Positions 10,051-19,149 are shown, numbered from the stretch's first letter. The stretch is 52,910 nt of DNA from Acidobacteriota bacterium (GCA_046732795.1 JBKPNV010000024.1:1-52910); one strand, 5' to 3'. Made by a program: numbers and translations. The notes: generated by a model from the sequence alone, not told the origin.

Positions 10051-12597
10051 CTACTTTGAAAAGATCCGCCGATAGCCGCCGGACACCAGTGCGGACACAT
10101 CGGCCGCGATACGCAGCAGCGCCAGCCCGCCGGGATACACGAGGTACCGCGATTCCCACACGGGATCGAACTTGCTCTTGAACGCGCGGAGGCCTTGAAA
10201 GTTGTAGAGCGGAGTACCGTGCTCGTACAACAGACGCCCGGCGCGAGCCCAGAGCGGCGCCACCGGCGATTGCTCGAATCCCGACATCGGCGCCATGCCG
10301 ATCACGAACCAGCGGTAGCCCTGGGCGCGGCCCCAGATCATCAGATGCGCGAAGAGCGCCTCCATCACGCTCCGTGGAGCGTCATGGTGATGGCGCATCA
10401 GGTCGGCCGAGACCTCCTGACCGAGCATGCCCGGCCAGAGCGTCGCAAACGCCCTGATGCGTCGTCCGCACTCGACGATGGCCGCGGGGAACCTGGCGAC
10501 GTACTGCGGATCGAAGCAGCCGAGCGAAAAGCCCTTCTCGCCAACCGAGCGGGTTCGCAACCAGTCGTCGGACACTTCGCGGAGTTCGTCCATCCGCCGG
10601 CGCACCTCATCGCTCGGCAGCACACGAAAAACGCCGCCATCCTTCTCGAGCCGTCGTACGAGCTGGCGGTATCGCGCGCCGCGCGGCCCGTCGAGCGTGA
10701 ACTCCCGGAGATCGACGCGCGCCTCCTCACCCACTTTCACGAAGGTCAAACCGAAGTCGGCGTAGTGACTCAGGTACTTCGTGCCGACTTCGTAGAACAC
10801 CGGCGTCCCGCCGTAGTCGTCGCACCGGGCGATGAAGAGCCGGATCAGCTCGGGCACGCGTTCGGGCGGGCCAACAGGATCGCCGAGCGCAACCCACGTC
10901 CGTCCCTGCACGCCGTACATGATGAATGCCTCGCGGCGTTCGTCGAAGAGCAAGGCCTTGTCTTCGAGATAGACGAGATACGGAAACGTCGAATCCTGCG
11001 CGGCGATGATGCGTCCGGCCGTGTCGAGATCGTCATCGGACGGCGGCTCGAGTTCGTGCGGCGCGTGCCCGATCAATCGGGCCATCGCAAACAACAGAAC
11101 GACGGTCGCCGCCCCGACCGATCCGCGGAGAAAGCGTGAGGCATTCCCCGCGAGCTCGAACTGCCACCACAGATCCTGCGAGTACTCGACGTGCTTGAAG
11201 GCAAAGAGCCCGAGCCAGACCGATGCCACCAGCGCCGCGGCCACCGCCGCGATCCATGGCGTCGAGAACCTCGTCGCAAAAAAGGCGGCCTTCCGGTTGA
11301 ACGCCGGTCTCGCCAGCCGCAAGACGATGACCAGGCCGCCGAGCAGCAACGCCTCTTCGTAGTCGAAACCCTTGAGCAGCGACGCCACGACACCTGCGGT
11401 CACCGTGACGATCGTCAGGTAATACGCCGCGTCAAGGCGGCGCGACAGACCCTGCGACAGGAGCAGCAACACGGCGCCTGCCACGCTGCCCGTCACGTGC
11501 GACGCTTCGATCACCCCGAGTGGCAATACGCGATCGAGCCAGCGCAGCCGATCGGCTTCGGCAGGTGTCGCTCCCGAGAACAGCAGCATGACACCAGCCA
11601 CGAACGTGAAGGTCGCGAGCATCTGGGGCGTCAGCCGCTCCGTGACGCGTCCAATGGAGGCCGCGAGCCGAATCGCATGCGCGCGTCGCAACCGCGCTTC
11701 GTCGATCACCAGACCGACAAGGGCGACCGTCAACGGCAGGAGGTAGTAAATGGCCCGATAGACGACGAGCGCCGGGACGAGTTGTGCTGGCGTCAGGAAT
11801 GGCGACAGCCCAAAGACCACGCTGCCCTCGAACACGCCGATGCCGCCCGGCACATGGCTGACGAGACCGAGCAGCTGGGCCAGAAGAAACGCCCCGAGCA
11901 CATCGACGAACGTCGCCGGACTGGCTGGAAGGAGCACGTACAGGACACCGCCGGCCAGCGTCCAGTCGATCACGGACACCATCAGCTGCGCGATGGTGAG
12001 CCGCATTCGCGGCGCCGGCACGGAGAATCCGCGCACCCGCACGGGCACACGCCACACGGCGACGACGAGCATGTAGGCGAGGGCGACCGCGATGCACGCC
12101 CAGCCAATGGGCGCGACCCATGCAGGCAGCGGAAGCGCGGCCACCGCCGGCGCGCTGGAGACGAGGCTGATGCCGCCAAGCATCAGCAGACCGAGCCAGC
12201 AGGCGACCGCATTCGAGAGAACGATCAGCGACAAGTCCTCGGCCGTCAGTCCCCATCGCGTGTAGAAGCGATAGCGGACCGACGCGCCTGTCAAGGCGGC
12301 AAACCCCACGTTGTTGGCGACCGCGTAGGCCAGGAACGAGACCCATCCGACGCGCCCGCGCGGCAGACGCTTGCCGATGTACAGCATCGCCAGCACGTCG
12401 TACCCGCTCAGCGTGACGTAGCTCAGAGTCGTCAGGAGCAGCGCCAGCACGAGCGCGCGGTGCGGGGTGGCCACGACGTGCGCCGACAGCGCGGCCCAGG
12501 TCACCTCGGACAGCTGATGCCAGAGCACGATCAGGGCGCCGACGAACAGCGTCAGGCCGATGACCGCGGGAAGCGCGCGCCGGATTCGTCCGCTCAT
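10051..12597 (-). CDS. mprF: Bifunctional aminoacyl(lysyl)-phosphatidylglycerol flippase/synthase
   Basis: Multi-TM N-terminus with RYRFY..WG, VPGGIGVFE, YRAIYY; C-terminal LGDPVG, GEEA, EKGFSLG, DLMR, GMAP, YNFQGLRAFK.KF.P.W. Start ATG12597. Confidence 0.92.
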   Translation of the reverse strand: MSGRIRRALPAVIGLTLFVGALIVLWHQLSEVTWAALSAHVVATPHRALVLALLLTTLSYVTLSGYDVLAMLYIGKRLPRGRVGWVSFLAYAVANNVGFAALTGASVRYRFYTRWGLTAEDLSLIVLSNAVACWLGLLMLGGISLVSSAPAVAALPLPAWVAPIGWACIAVALAYMLVVAVWRVPVRVRGFSVPAPRMRLTIAQLMVSVIDWTLAGGVLYVLLPASPATFVDVLGAFLLAQLLGLVSHVPGGIGVFEGSVVFGLSPFLTPAQLVPALVVYRAIYYLLPLTVALVGLVIDEARLRRAHAIRLAASIGRVTERLTPQMLATFTFVAGVMLLFSGATPAEADRLRWLDRVLPLGVIEASHVTGSVAGAVLLLLSQGLSRRLDAAYYLTIVTVTAGVVASLLKGFDYEEALLLGGLVIVLRLARPAFNRKAAFFATRFSTPWIAAVAAALVASVWLGLFAFKHVEYSQDLWWQFELAGNASRFLRGSVGAATVVLLFAMARLIGHAPHELEPPSDDDLDTAGRIIAAQDSTFPYLVYLEDKALLFDERREAFIMYGVQGRTWVALGDPVGPPERVPELIRLFIARCDDYGGTPVFYEVGTKYLSHYADFGLTFVKVGEEARVDLREFTLDGPRGARYRQLVRRLEKDGGVFRVLPSDEVRRRMDELREVSDDWLRTRSVGEKGFSLGCFDPQYVARFPAAIVECGRRIRAFATLWPGMLGQEVSADLMRHHHDAPRSVMEALFAHLMIWGRAQGYRWFVIGMAPMSGFEQSPVAPLWARAGRLLYEHGTPLYNFQGLRAFKSKFDPVWESRYLVYPGGLALLRIAADVSALVSGGYRRIFSK

Positions 12598-12640
12598 GAC
12601 ACTTGCAGCTGGACCGCTATGCAGTTCTCTCCGAGACGCT

Positions 12641-12656
12641 TGCACTCGCCGTTCCA
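12641..12656 (-). promoter_or_regulatory. Candidate sigma54 promoter for mprF
   Basis: TGGAAC-GGCGA-GTGCA, GG-N10-GC spacing, about 44 nt upstream of the ATG. Confidence 0.4.
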
Positions 12657-12740
12657 CCGCATCGCGGTCCCCGGCGCGCAAAGCGCGCCGAAAAGACGCT
12701 GTCGAACCAGCTAAGGGCTTCGTAATGTTCAAAAAAAGAT

Positions 12741-13526
12741 TCAAGACGCTGTCGTTGGCTGGTTCTGGTTGACCCAGTCGATCGCCTCGAGCAGGCTCCG
12801 GTCGAAGCCGGAGAGGTTGTCGCTGAACCGATGATCCGACGCTCCGATCACCCACAGTCTCTTGGGTTCTCCGCTCAACTGCATCATGCGACGGGCGTCG
12901 GCGAGCGGCGCGAATTCATCCTCCGTGGAGTGCAGCAACGCGAGCGGCAGCGGCGACACTTTGTCGATCAGCGCCGAGGCGTTGAAGGTGGGTTCTTTCG
13001 GCACGCCATGCGTGAGATAGATGATCGAGTCCTGCCATCGCCAGCCGAGCTCGTTGCGGTCCGGCAGGCCGATGCCGATCACGCCGCGGATCGATTGGCG
13101 GGTGATCGGATCGGCAGCCGCCAGCACGGAGAGACCGGCGCCCTCGGAGATGCCGATCAGAATCGGTTTGGAATGGGCGAACTGACTGGCGTAGTCCGAA
13201 ATGGTCCTGACATCCGACGGCTCGTCATCCGCGTGCAGCGTCGATGTCGTGGTCGTGAAGCTCGTGAGATAGGCCTTGACGTCGAAGCCGACCACGAAGC
13301 AGCCGTGTGCGGCCAGCAACTCGGCGACATGCGGCCCGAGATGAATCCAACCGCCATCGCCGCTCGAGACGATGACCGGCCGCGCATTGTCGACGCCGTA
13401 CAAGTGAACCGACTGCACGTGACTGCGAACAGGCACAAGATCCGTCCTCGCTGCGGAGGCAAGATCGACGCGACCGAACGGCCCGCAGCACAGAACAATC
13501 GCCCAGGCGGCGCACAGTCTCCGCAT
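12741..13526 (-). CDS. AcvB/VirJ-family aminoacyl-PG hydrolase (single alpha/beta hydrolase domain)
   Basis: SGDGGW, VVGFD...Y, GISEGA nucleophile elbow, DHRF; signal peptide; adjacent to mprF. Confidence 0.8.
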   Translation of the reverse strand: MRRLCAAWAIVLCCGPFGRVDLASAARTDLVPVRSHVQSVHLYGVDNARPVIVSSGDGGWIHLGPHVAELLAAHGCFVVGFDVKAYLTSFTTTTSTLHADDEPSDVRTISDYASQFAHSKPILIGISEGAGLSVLAAADPITRQSIRGVIGIGLPDRNELGWRWQDSIIYLTHGVPKEPTFNASALIDKVSPLPLALLHSTEDEFAPLADARRMMQLSGEPKRLWVIGASDHRFSDNLSGFDRSLLEAIDWVNQNQPTTAS

Positions 13527-13544
13527 GCGTCTCCATCCGTTGTC

Positions 13545-13594
13545 GTCGTGTCCGACGTGAGCCCGACATCGTCGTGTCCGGCCTCAGCCGAACC
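13545..13594 (+). repeat. Tandem degenerate GTAG-type REP copies (family F)
   Basis: GTCGTGTCCGACGTGAGCCCGACA and GTCGTGTCCGGCCTCAGCCGAACC resemble consensus GTAGYGTCCGGCTTCAGCCGGACC. Confidence 0.55.
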
Positions 13595-13610
13595 CTGTGG
13601 ACAGCGGAAC

Positions 13611-13633
13611 GGGTGCCGCCGGCAACGGCACCC
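13611..13633 (-). terminator. GC hairpin after the small exported protein (terminator or stabiliser)
   Basis: GGGTGCCG / CGGCACCC stem; U-tract is weak. Confidence 0.35.
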
Positions 13634-13649
13634 CGTCCCACCCGGTTCG

Positions 13650-14009
13650 TTACTTCTTGGCGGTCTTCGACGCCTTCGGCGCCTCGGCATTCACAGCCGT
13701 TGCCACCATGGAACTACCGTCCATCCGGTAACGAACCGACACCGGCGATCCCGTCGTGATCGAACCATCCTTCTGGGTCGTTGAATCGAGCTTGAAGGTC
13801 ATATCGCTGCCCTTCTTTCCCGATTTGGTGATGACGAGCGACGACGCGTCGACCGATTTCACGACGCCCTGGACCGAATGCGTCGCCGCCGGCTTTGCAG
13901 CCGCCGGCTTTGCGGCGGTGCTCTGGGCCGGCTTCGAGGTCTGCGCGAATGCGATCCCGGAAGTGGCCAGCACGCCGGCAAGCATCAACGCGGTGAGTGT
14001 GTAGCGCAT
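13650..14009 (-). CDS. Small exported Lys/Ala-rich protein with probable OB-fold
   Basis: GGAG RBS, signal peptide AFA, AKPAA linker, G.VKSVD..SLVI...TFKLD.TT...G..VSVRY....AT.V pattern. Confidence 0.75.
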   Translation of the reverse strand: MRYTLTALMLAGVLATSGIAFAQTSKPAQSTAAKPAAAKPAATHSVQGVVKSVDASSLVITKSGKKGSDMTFKLDSTTQKDGSITTGSPVSVRYRMDGSSMVATAVNAEAPKASKTAKK

Positions 14010-14098
14010 GAGAGTCTCCCTTCCCTAGCGTCCGGCTCCCTGCCGGACCTGCTGTCGCGGCCACGCTTCGCCGCTGTTCGCCATTCCACTCGACCGAC

Positions 14099-14136
14099 CT
14101 GAGGCAATCATGAAGCGCTGATTAATCCTTGTTAAT
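14099..14136 (-). promoter_or_regulatory. Tandem direct-repeat OmpR-family binding box
   Basis: Minus strand ATTAAC-N4-ATTAAT-N5-CTTCAT-N5-CCTCAG, 10-11 nt period. Core matches 16294-16310. Confidence 0.6.
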
Positions 14137-14203
14137 GACCCGTTCGAGCCCTTGTTGTGCCGGTGCGGTCCCTGTATGGTGTCAACAGGAATCGGAGGAC
14201 GCC

Positions 14204-14878
14204 GTGCGCATCCTGGTCATTGAGGACGACGGAAAAGTGGCCAGTTTCATCCAGACCGGTCTCGAACAGGAGGGCTACGCCGTGGACGTGCTGCACCACG
14301 GCAATACGGCTGGCGAACAGGCCCGGGTCGTCGATTACGACGCCGTCGTCCTCGATCTCATGCTGCCGGGACGGTCGGGCTTCCAGGTGCTGCGCGACAT
14401 CCGATCGCGCAAGCCGTCGCTTCCGGTCATCATGCTGACGGCGAAGAATTCGCTCGATGAACGAGTCGCCGGCCTTGATGCCGGTGCCGACGACTACATG
14501 GCGAAGCCTTTCGCCCTCGCCGAATTGTCGGCGCGTCTGCGCGCCCTGCTGCGCCGCGGGACGCCGCGCGAGAGCGTGCTGCGCGTGGCGGATCTCGAGA
14601 TGGACACCATCCGGCGCAGCGTGCGGCGCGCCGGCACGAGTATCGATCTCAAGCCGAAGGAATACGCGCTCCTCGAGTTCCTGATGCGGAACAGCGATCG
14701 CCCGCTCACCCGCTCCCTCATCATCGAGCACGTCTGGGACATCCACTTCGACAGCATCAGCAACGTCGTCGAGGTCCACATCAACTCGCTGCGGAACAAG
14801 ATCGACCGCGGCTTTCCCATCCAGCTCATTCACACTGTTCGCGGCGTCGGCTACATGCTGACTGACTCCGCTCCGTGA
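14204..14878 (+). CDS. OmpR/PhoB-family response regulator (CusR/QseB-like)
   Basis: GGAGG RBS + GTG; RILVIEDD, LDLMLPG, GADDY..KPF, KEYALL, SNVVEVHI..LR.KID, IHTVRGVGY. Confidence 0.92.
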   Translation: MRILVIEDDGKVASFIQTGLEQEGYAVDVLHHGNTAGEQARVVDYDAVVLDLMLPGRSGFQVLRDIRSRKPSLPVIMLTAKNSLDERVAGLDAGADDYMAKPFALAELSARLRALLRRGTPRESVLRVADLEMDTIRRSVRRAGTSIDLKPKEYALLEFLMRNSDRPLTRSLIIEHVWDIHFDSISNVVEVHINSLRNKIDRGFPIQLIHTVRGVGYMLTDSAP

Positions 14879-16287
14879 CGCTCACTCTTCGCGCGCGCCT
14901 TGCAGTCATCGCGACAATCGTTTCCGGCCTGCTCCTCGGCGGGTTGAGCATCGTGTCGTACAACGTGCTGGCCCGGTGGCTGGACGAGGATGTCACCACG
15001 CGCCTGACCGAGTTGACCGACGGGCTGCACGGCTACCTGCGGTTCGATGGCGGGATGCCGTCGGTGGAGTACAACGTCAGCGACACCGACCAGGCGTCGT
15101 TCGTGCACGAGGCCACCCGCTACTACCAGATCTACGACTCCGAAACCGGCCAACTGCTGGTGCAGTCGCCGGACATGGCGCCACTCGGTCTGTCGCTCAC
15201 GAGGGGCGAGGTCGCGCTGCTCCTCGCCAGCGTCCTGCCGGCGGACATCACGACGCCGTACGGCCGCCTGCGTGTGATCAGCAGTCCGGTCGTGAGCCCG
15301 ATCGGACACAACTACCTGTTGCAGGTCGGTGTCTCCCTGCGATCGCTCGACACGTCGCTCAGTCGCTATCGCGATCTGCTGCTGCTGTTGACGCCGCTTT
15401 CGCTCGTGTTGGCCGGTGCCGGAGCATGGTGGCTGTCAGGATTCGCACTCGCGCCGCTGACGCGGCTGGCGGTCGCCGCGCGCGGCATCGACGTCGCCAC
15501 GCTCGAGCGCCGCCTGCCGATGCGGGGGGTGAGCGATGAGCTCGAGGCGGTGACCCGCGCCTTCAACGACACCCTCGGCAGACTGGAACAATCCATCGGC
15601 GAGATGCGGCAGTTCAGCACCGCGCTCGCACACGAGCTGCGCACGCCGCTGGCGGCGCTGCGCGGTGAAATCGAGCTGGCGCTGCGAGCGACTCGCGGCG
15701 GTGACTTGCAGCGCTCGCTCGCCAGCCAGATCGAGGACATTGATCGGCTCACGCGGCTGATCGATCGCGTGCTGACGCTGGCGCGCGCCGAGTCCGGTCA
15801 AATCCCGCTGACGTTCGGCGCGGTCGATCTCGGCGAGCTCGCCGCGTCTCTGGTCGATCAGCTCGAGCCGGTGGCGCTGGCTCGCTCGATCGACATGCAC
15901 TGCGAACCGGTCGGCCAGGTGCACGCGCTCGGCGACGCCGGATGGCTCGAACGCCTCCTGCTCAACCTGCTCGACAACGCGATGAAGTTCACGCCGGAAG
16001 GAGGCCGCGTCGTCGTTCGGGTGTGTCGTGAGGGTGATCGCGCTCGCGTGGAAGTCGCTGACACCGGCATCGGCATGACCCCGGACGTCGTCGCGCACGT
16101 GTTCGAGCGTTTCTATCAGGCCGACCCGGCCCGCTCATCCGCCTCCGACGGCGCGGGGCTTGGCCTGAGCCTGGTGAAATGGATCGTCGATCGTCATCAC
16201 GGCACCATTACGGTCGACAGCCGTCCCGACCACGGGTCGACATTCACCGTGACGCTGCCGGCCATTCACGGGCATCAGCGATCCTGA
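14875..16287 (+). CDS. Membrane sensor histidine kinase (2 TM, HAMP, HisKA, HATPase)
   Basis: GTGA overlap with the regulator; AHELRTPL, NLLDNAMKFT, DTGIG, FERFYQ, GAGLGLS. Confidence 0.92.
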   Translation: MTLTLRARLAVIATIVSGLLLGGLSIVSYNVLARWLDEDVTTRLTELTDGLHGYLRFDGGMPSVEYNVSDTDQASFVHEATRYYQIYDSETGQLLVQSPDMAPLGLSLTRGEVALLLASVLPADITTPYGRLRVISSPVVSPIGHNYLLQVGVSLRSLDTSLSRYRDLLLLLTPLSLVLAGAGAWWLSGFALAPLTRLAVAARGIDVATLERRLPMRGVSDELEAVTRAFNDTLGRLEQSIGEMRQFSTALAHELRTPLAALRGEIELALRATRGGDLQRSLASQIEDIDRLTRLIDRVLTLARAESGQIPLTFGAVDLGELAASLVDQLEPVALARSIDMHCEPVGQVHALGDAGWLERLLLNLLDNAMKFTPEGGRVVVRVCREGDRARVEVADTGIGMTPDVVAHVFERFYQADPARSSASDGAGLGLSLVKWIVDRHHGTITVDSRPDHGSTFTVTLPAIHGHQRS

Positions 16288-16293
16288 TGCTCA

Positions 16294-16310
16294 ATTAATT
16301 TCCGCTTCAC
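16294..16310 (+). promoter_or_regulatory. Second copy of the OmpR-family box
   Basis: ATTAAT-TTCCG-CTTCAC versus ATTAAT-CAGCG-CTTCAT at 14126-14110. Confidence 0.55.
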
Positions 16311-16382
16311 ATCTCGCACATCTCCCCTGACGTCTCTCCTGACAGAGGCCATCGACGCGCGACGCGTCACGGGGAGGTCATC

Positions 16383-16736
16383 ATGCGATCAACGATCGTG
16401 AAGTCGGCGATGGCGGGGACGGTGCTCCTGCTCGCCTCGGGTACGGCCCGTGCCTCGGATGTGCTGCAGGTCAACGTGCCGTTCTCGTTCCAGGTCGGTA
16501 GCGATATGTTCCCGGCCGGGCGTTACATGGTGGAAGAAGACTCGTTGACCGGCCCGTCCGTGCTCCTCATTCGCGGGATGCACACGCCGCAGGCCGCTTT
16601 CGTCCTCACGCAGACGGCGGCCGGTGAGGGCCCCGGCAAACCGTCTCTCCAGTTCGATCATCGTGAAAACCAGTACCGACTGACCGGCGTGTGGGAGGCG
16701 CCAGGCGACGGACGAACCGTCGTGATGCACAGGTAG
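16383..16736 (+). CDS. Small exported beta protein (VPFSF.VG...PAG.Y type)
   Basis: GGGGAGGT RBS, signal peptide ARA, beta-rich mature domain. Confidence 0.75.
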   Translation: MRSTIVKSAMAGTVLLLASGTARASDVLQVNVPFSFQVGSDMFPAGRYMVEEDSLTGPSVLLIRGMHTPQAAFVLTQTAAGEGPGKPSLQFDHRENQYRLTGVWEAPGDGRTVVMHR

Positions 16737-16885
16737 CGGGCGCGCCTCTCATCACAGCCGCGAAACGCAGGGTCCCGCACTCACTGCGCGAAACGACACA
16801 CCGAGGCACCTGGCACAGCGAATCCATTCCCCTTGTCGCGCCGGTGTCCTCGATGCCTTGGTGTGCCGCCTGTGCAGCGGGCAAA

Positions 16886-16933
16886 TTGACAGCAGGTCGC
16901 GGACCGGCGATAGTACAGACAGTTAGTTTCTGT
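16886..16933 (+). promoter_or_regulatory. Sigma70 promoter with overlapping imperfect palindrome (operator candidate)
   Basis: TTGACA(16886-91), 17 nt spacer, GATAGT(16909-14); ACAGACAGTTAGTTTCTGT(16915-33). Confidence 0.6.
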
Positions 16934-16963
16934 TCAAACTATTCGCCAGCGGGAGACCGACCT

Positions 16964-17065
16964 GTGTTCGAAACCTTCGCCGTCCTCAGCACCCTCGGAT
17001 GTATCGCTGTTTTTGTGGTGATGTACCGCATGGACCGCGCCAGTCGCAACAGCGACGACAACTGA
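16964..17065 (+). CDS. 33-aa single-TM small protein MFETFAVLSTLGCIAVFVVMYRMDRASRNSDDN
   Basis: GGGAG RBS 8 nt before GTG, own promoter, hydrophobic 20-mer followed by a basic/polar tail. Stop abuts the convergent gene. Confidence 0.6.
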   Translation: MFETFAVLSTLGCIAVFVVMYRMDRASRNSDDN

Positions 17066-17066
17066 G

Positions 17067-17954
17067 TTACCAGTACGGCATCGGCTGCGGCAGCGTTGCG
17101 CCGCAGGAACACCTGCCCTGGCGGGCGGCGTGGTCGACGATCGCGGAACACGATGCACAGCGCACCCAACTCGCGTTGATGCGGTCGCCGGTGAACACCG
17201 AGGTGTACGCGCTGGCGCCGAGCTGACCGGCGAAGAACTTGTTCATCGCCTCCGGATGCCTGCCCTTTTCCATCAATTGCTGCGTGTCGCCGGCATTCTC
17301 CCAGGCCGTGATCGTGATCATGCGATTGGCGACGGTCACGCCAACCCAGCCGATGAAGCCCTTCATCGATTGCAGTTCGACCGCAATCTGACGGCTCATT
17401 TCGCGGATGTTGTTGGCGTCCTCGTCATTTCGCGGCGCAATGGCGGTGACGCTGAACGCGCCGGGCCTGGTCGGCCGATCGGTTGAAACGCGGACCGACG
17501 TGCCGAACGTGAACGGCCCGATTGCGTTTGGCTGCACGATCACCTGCAGACCCAGCTGCCGCGGAACCTCGCCCGAGTCGAAATAACCATCGACCGATCG
17601 AATCCGGTCGCCGGCCACACGAATGAAGTCGGCCCCGCGAACGTCGATCGACTTCATCGTCGGCGGCAGTCCGAACATCGATCCCGTGTTGGTGCCGCGC
17701 ATGACCCACTGCGCCGCCACCAGGTCAGGAGCCGCCACGGCGATACTCGCGATGTCGAACGACACGTCGGGGAACGCGGAGAACAGCCCTTTCATGTATG
17801 CGTTGAACGCCTCCCCCGCGATCGGCCCGCCCGTCGTCGGATCGGCGTAGGTACCGTCGGGCGCCATCGTCTCGAGCACAGCTGCCGGATCGCGACGATT
17901 CCATCCATCGAAATAACGCTGGGCGACTGCAACCGCGTCTATCGTCGCATCCAT
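17067..17954 (-). CDS. SnoaL/NTF2-like ester cyclase domain + dimeric alpha-beta barrel-like domain + C-terminal Cys4 ribbon
   Basis: AFPD, W.MRGTNTG...G.PPT.K, GADF, YFD; GFIG..ITITAWE..H..AM..F; CASC...CSC. Confidence 0.7.
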   Translation of the reverse strand: MDATIDAVAVAQRYFDGWNRRDPAAVLETMAPDGTYADPTTGGPIAGEAFNAYMKGLFSAFPDVSFDIASIAVAAPDLVAAQWVMRGTNTGSMFGLPPTMKSIDVRGADFIRVAGDRIRSVDGYFDSGEVPRQLGLQVIVQPNAIGPFTFGTSVRVSTDRPTRPGAFSVTAIAPRNDEDANNIREMSRQIAVELQSMKGFIGWVGVTVANRMITITAWENAGDTQQLMEKGRHPEAMNKFFAGQLGASAYTSVFTGDRINASWVRCASCSAIVDHAARQGRCSCGATLPQPMPYW

Positions 17955-17963
17955 ACTGCCCCC

Positions 17964-18989
17964 TTATCTCGTCTTCGCTTCCGCCTGCTCGTCGGCGCGG
18001 GCGCCGCTCAGGATGTTCCTCATCGCGTAGTTCCCCTCGTGACAGGCGTACTCGAAAATCTCGTCCTGTCCCTGGTCGCTCTTGAGAGGGACGCCAATCG
18101 TCCACGGTTTCGTAAACGTCGCGGGGTCATCGATCGTCACGGCGTACGAGATCGTCCCCGGTCCGGTTCGCGTGAATCGCTCGATCAGGCGCAGCGTCTC
18201 GCGCGAGCCTCTGAAGTCGGTCTTGTCCGAGAAGTTGGTGACCTCGACGATGAGCGTGTTGCCTTCCCAGCGACCACGCGCATCGCCCAGATACTGACGG
18301 ATGCCCTGGCTGATGTGCGGACGGCCATCGACCGGGATGATTCGTGTCTCGTGAATCATCTCGTGCGTGAGCACGACGTAGCCGGGGCTCTGCACGATCC
18401 GGAAGATATTGCCGTAGCTGCCCGCGTTGACCACGACATGCGGCCATCCGCCACGCGAGACGATACAGCGATCGCCGAGGCTGCGATCGGTCCAGGAATC
18501 GGCGGGACCGCGGCCGCGAGTGGCCTGCGCTCGCGCTGCTTCACGCGTGCGCGCCTCCGCCGTCAGTGGCGGTACGCGGCCATCCGGCGGATCGATGATC
18601 TTTGACGTTCTCGCCGACTTGGCGTTCCAGAACTCGTACCAATGCGTCGGTCCGGCGCCGGTCTCACCGCCGATCGTCGGCGCCCGCTCGACATTGCGCT
18701 GCGCGCGCTCCGCGAGCACCGCCGCGAGCTCCTCGTCGCCAAATTCGCTCTTGCCGCCAAGGTCGGATGGTCGCTCGAAAGGGGTGTCGACATCATCGTT
18801 GTACGACCAGAAACCTTGAAGGTCAGGGTCGCCCCACGCGGTGCGTGGCACTGCATAGGTAGCGTCCGGCTTGGGCCGAACCGAGGAGTCGGTTCGGCCC
18901 GACTGTGCCAGCAGCGAAGGAACCGGGAACGAGAAAACGCTCGCGGTGAGGAGTGAGGCAACGGCTGAGACAATGAGCCGGCAGGTCAT
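17964..18989 (-). CDS. Exported hypothetical protein, WGDPDLQG/CHEGN family paralog 1
   Basis: GAGGTG RBS + ATG18989, signal peptide, WGDPDLQG, DPPDGR.P, DRC, G.WEGNTL.V.TNF, FEYACHEGNY. Confidence 0.8.
   Translation of the reverse strand: MTCRLIVSAVASLLTASVFSFPVPSLLAQSGRTDSSVRPKPDATYAVPRTAWGDPDLQGFWSYNDDVDTPFERPSDLGGKSEFGDEELAAVLAERAQRNVERAPTIGGETGAGPTHWYEFWNAKSARTSKIIDPPDGRVPPLTAEARTREAARAQATRGRGPADSWTDRSLGDRCIVSRGGWPHVVVNAGSYGNIFRIVQSPGYVVLTHEMIHETRIIPVDGRPHISQGIRQYLGDARGRWEGNTLIVEVTNFSDKTDFRGSRETLRLIERFTRTGPGTISYAVTIDDPATFTKPWTIGVPLKSDQGQDEIFEYACHEGNYAMRNILSGARADEQAEAKTR
18859..18882 (+). repeat. GTAG-type REP (family F) inserted in frame within a CDS
   Basis: GTAGCGTCCGGCTTGGGCCGAACC; translates on the minus strand as VRPKPDAT, after the signal peptide. 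Confidence 0.6.
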
Positions 18990-19149
18990 CGGCCACCTCG
19001 CAGTTCGTGAAAACAACGCGAGGATTCTGACATGGAGGCGATCCCAGCGCCACCCGGCACTCGGATGTGGAGAAGGCGATCGTCAGCGACCGCCTTGCTT
19101 ACAGGCTGGATACGTGCGTGCGGGAAGGGCCCTTGTGCAGCGACCGGAT

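Noticed and set aside
12672-12690. Hairpin CGGCGCGC-AAA-GCGCGCCG as a terminator
   Set aside because: The T-run lies on the wrong side for the transcribed strand.
16755-16800. Repeated CGCGAAACG as a c-di-GMP riboswitch
   Set aside because: Lacks the GEMM stem architecture and conserved flanks.
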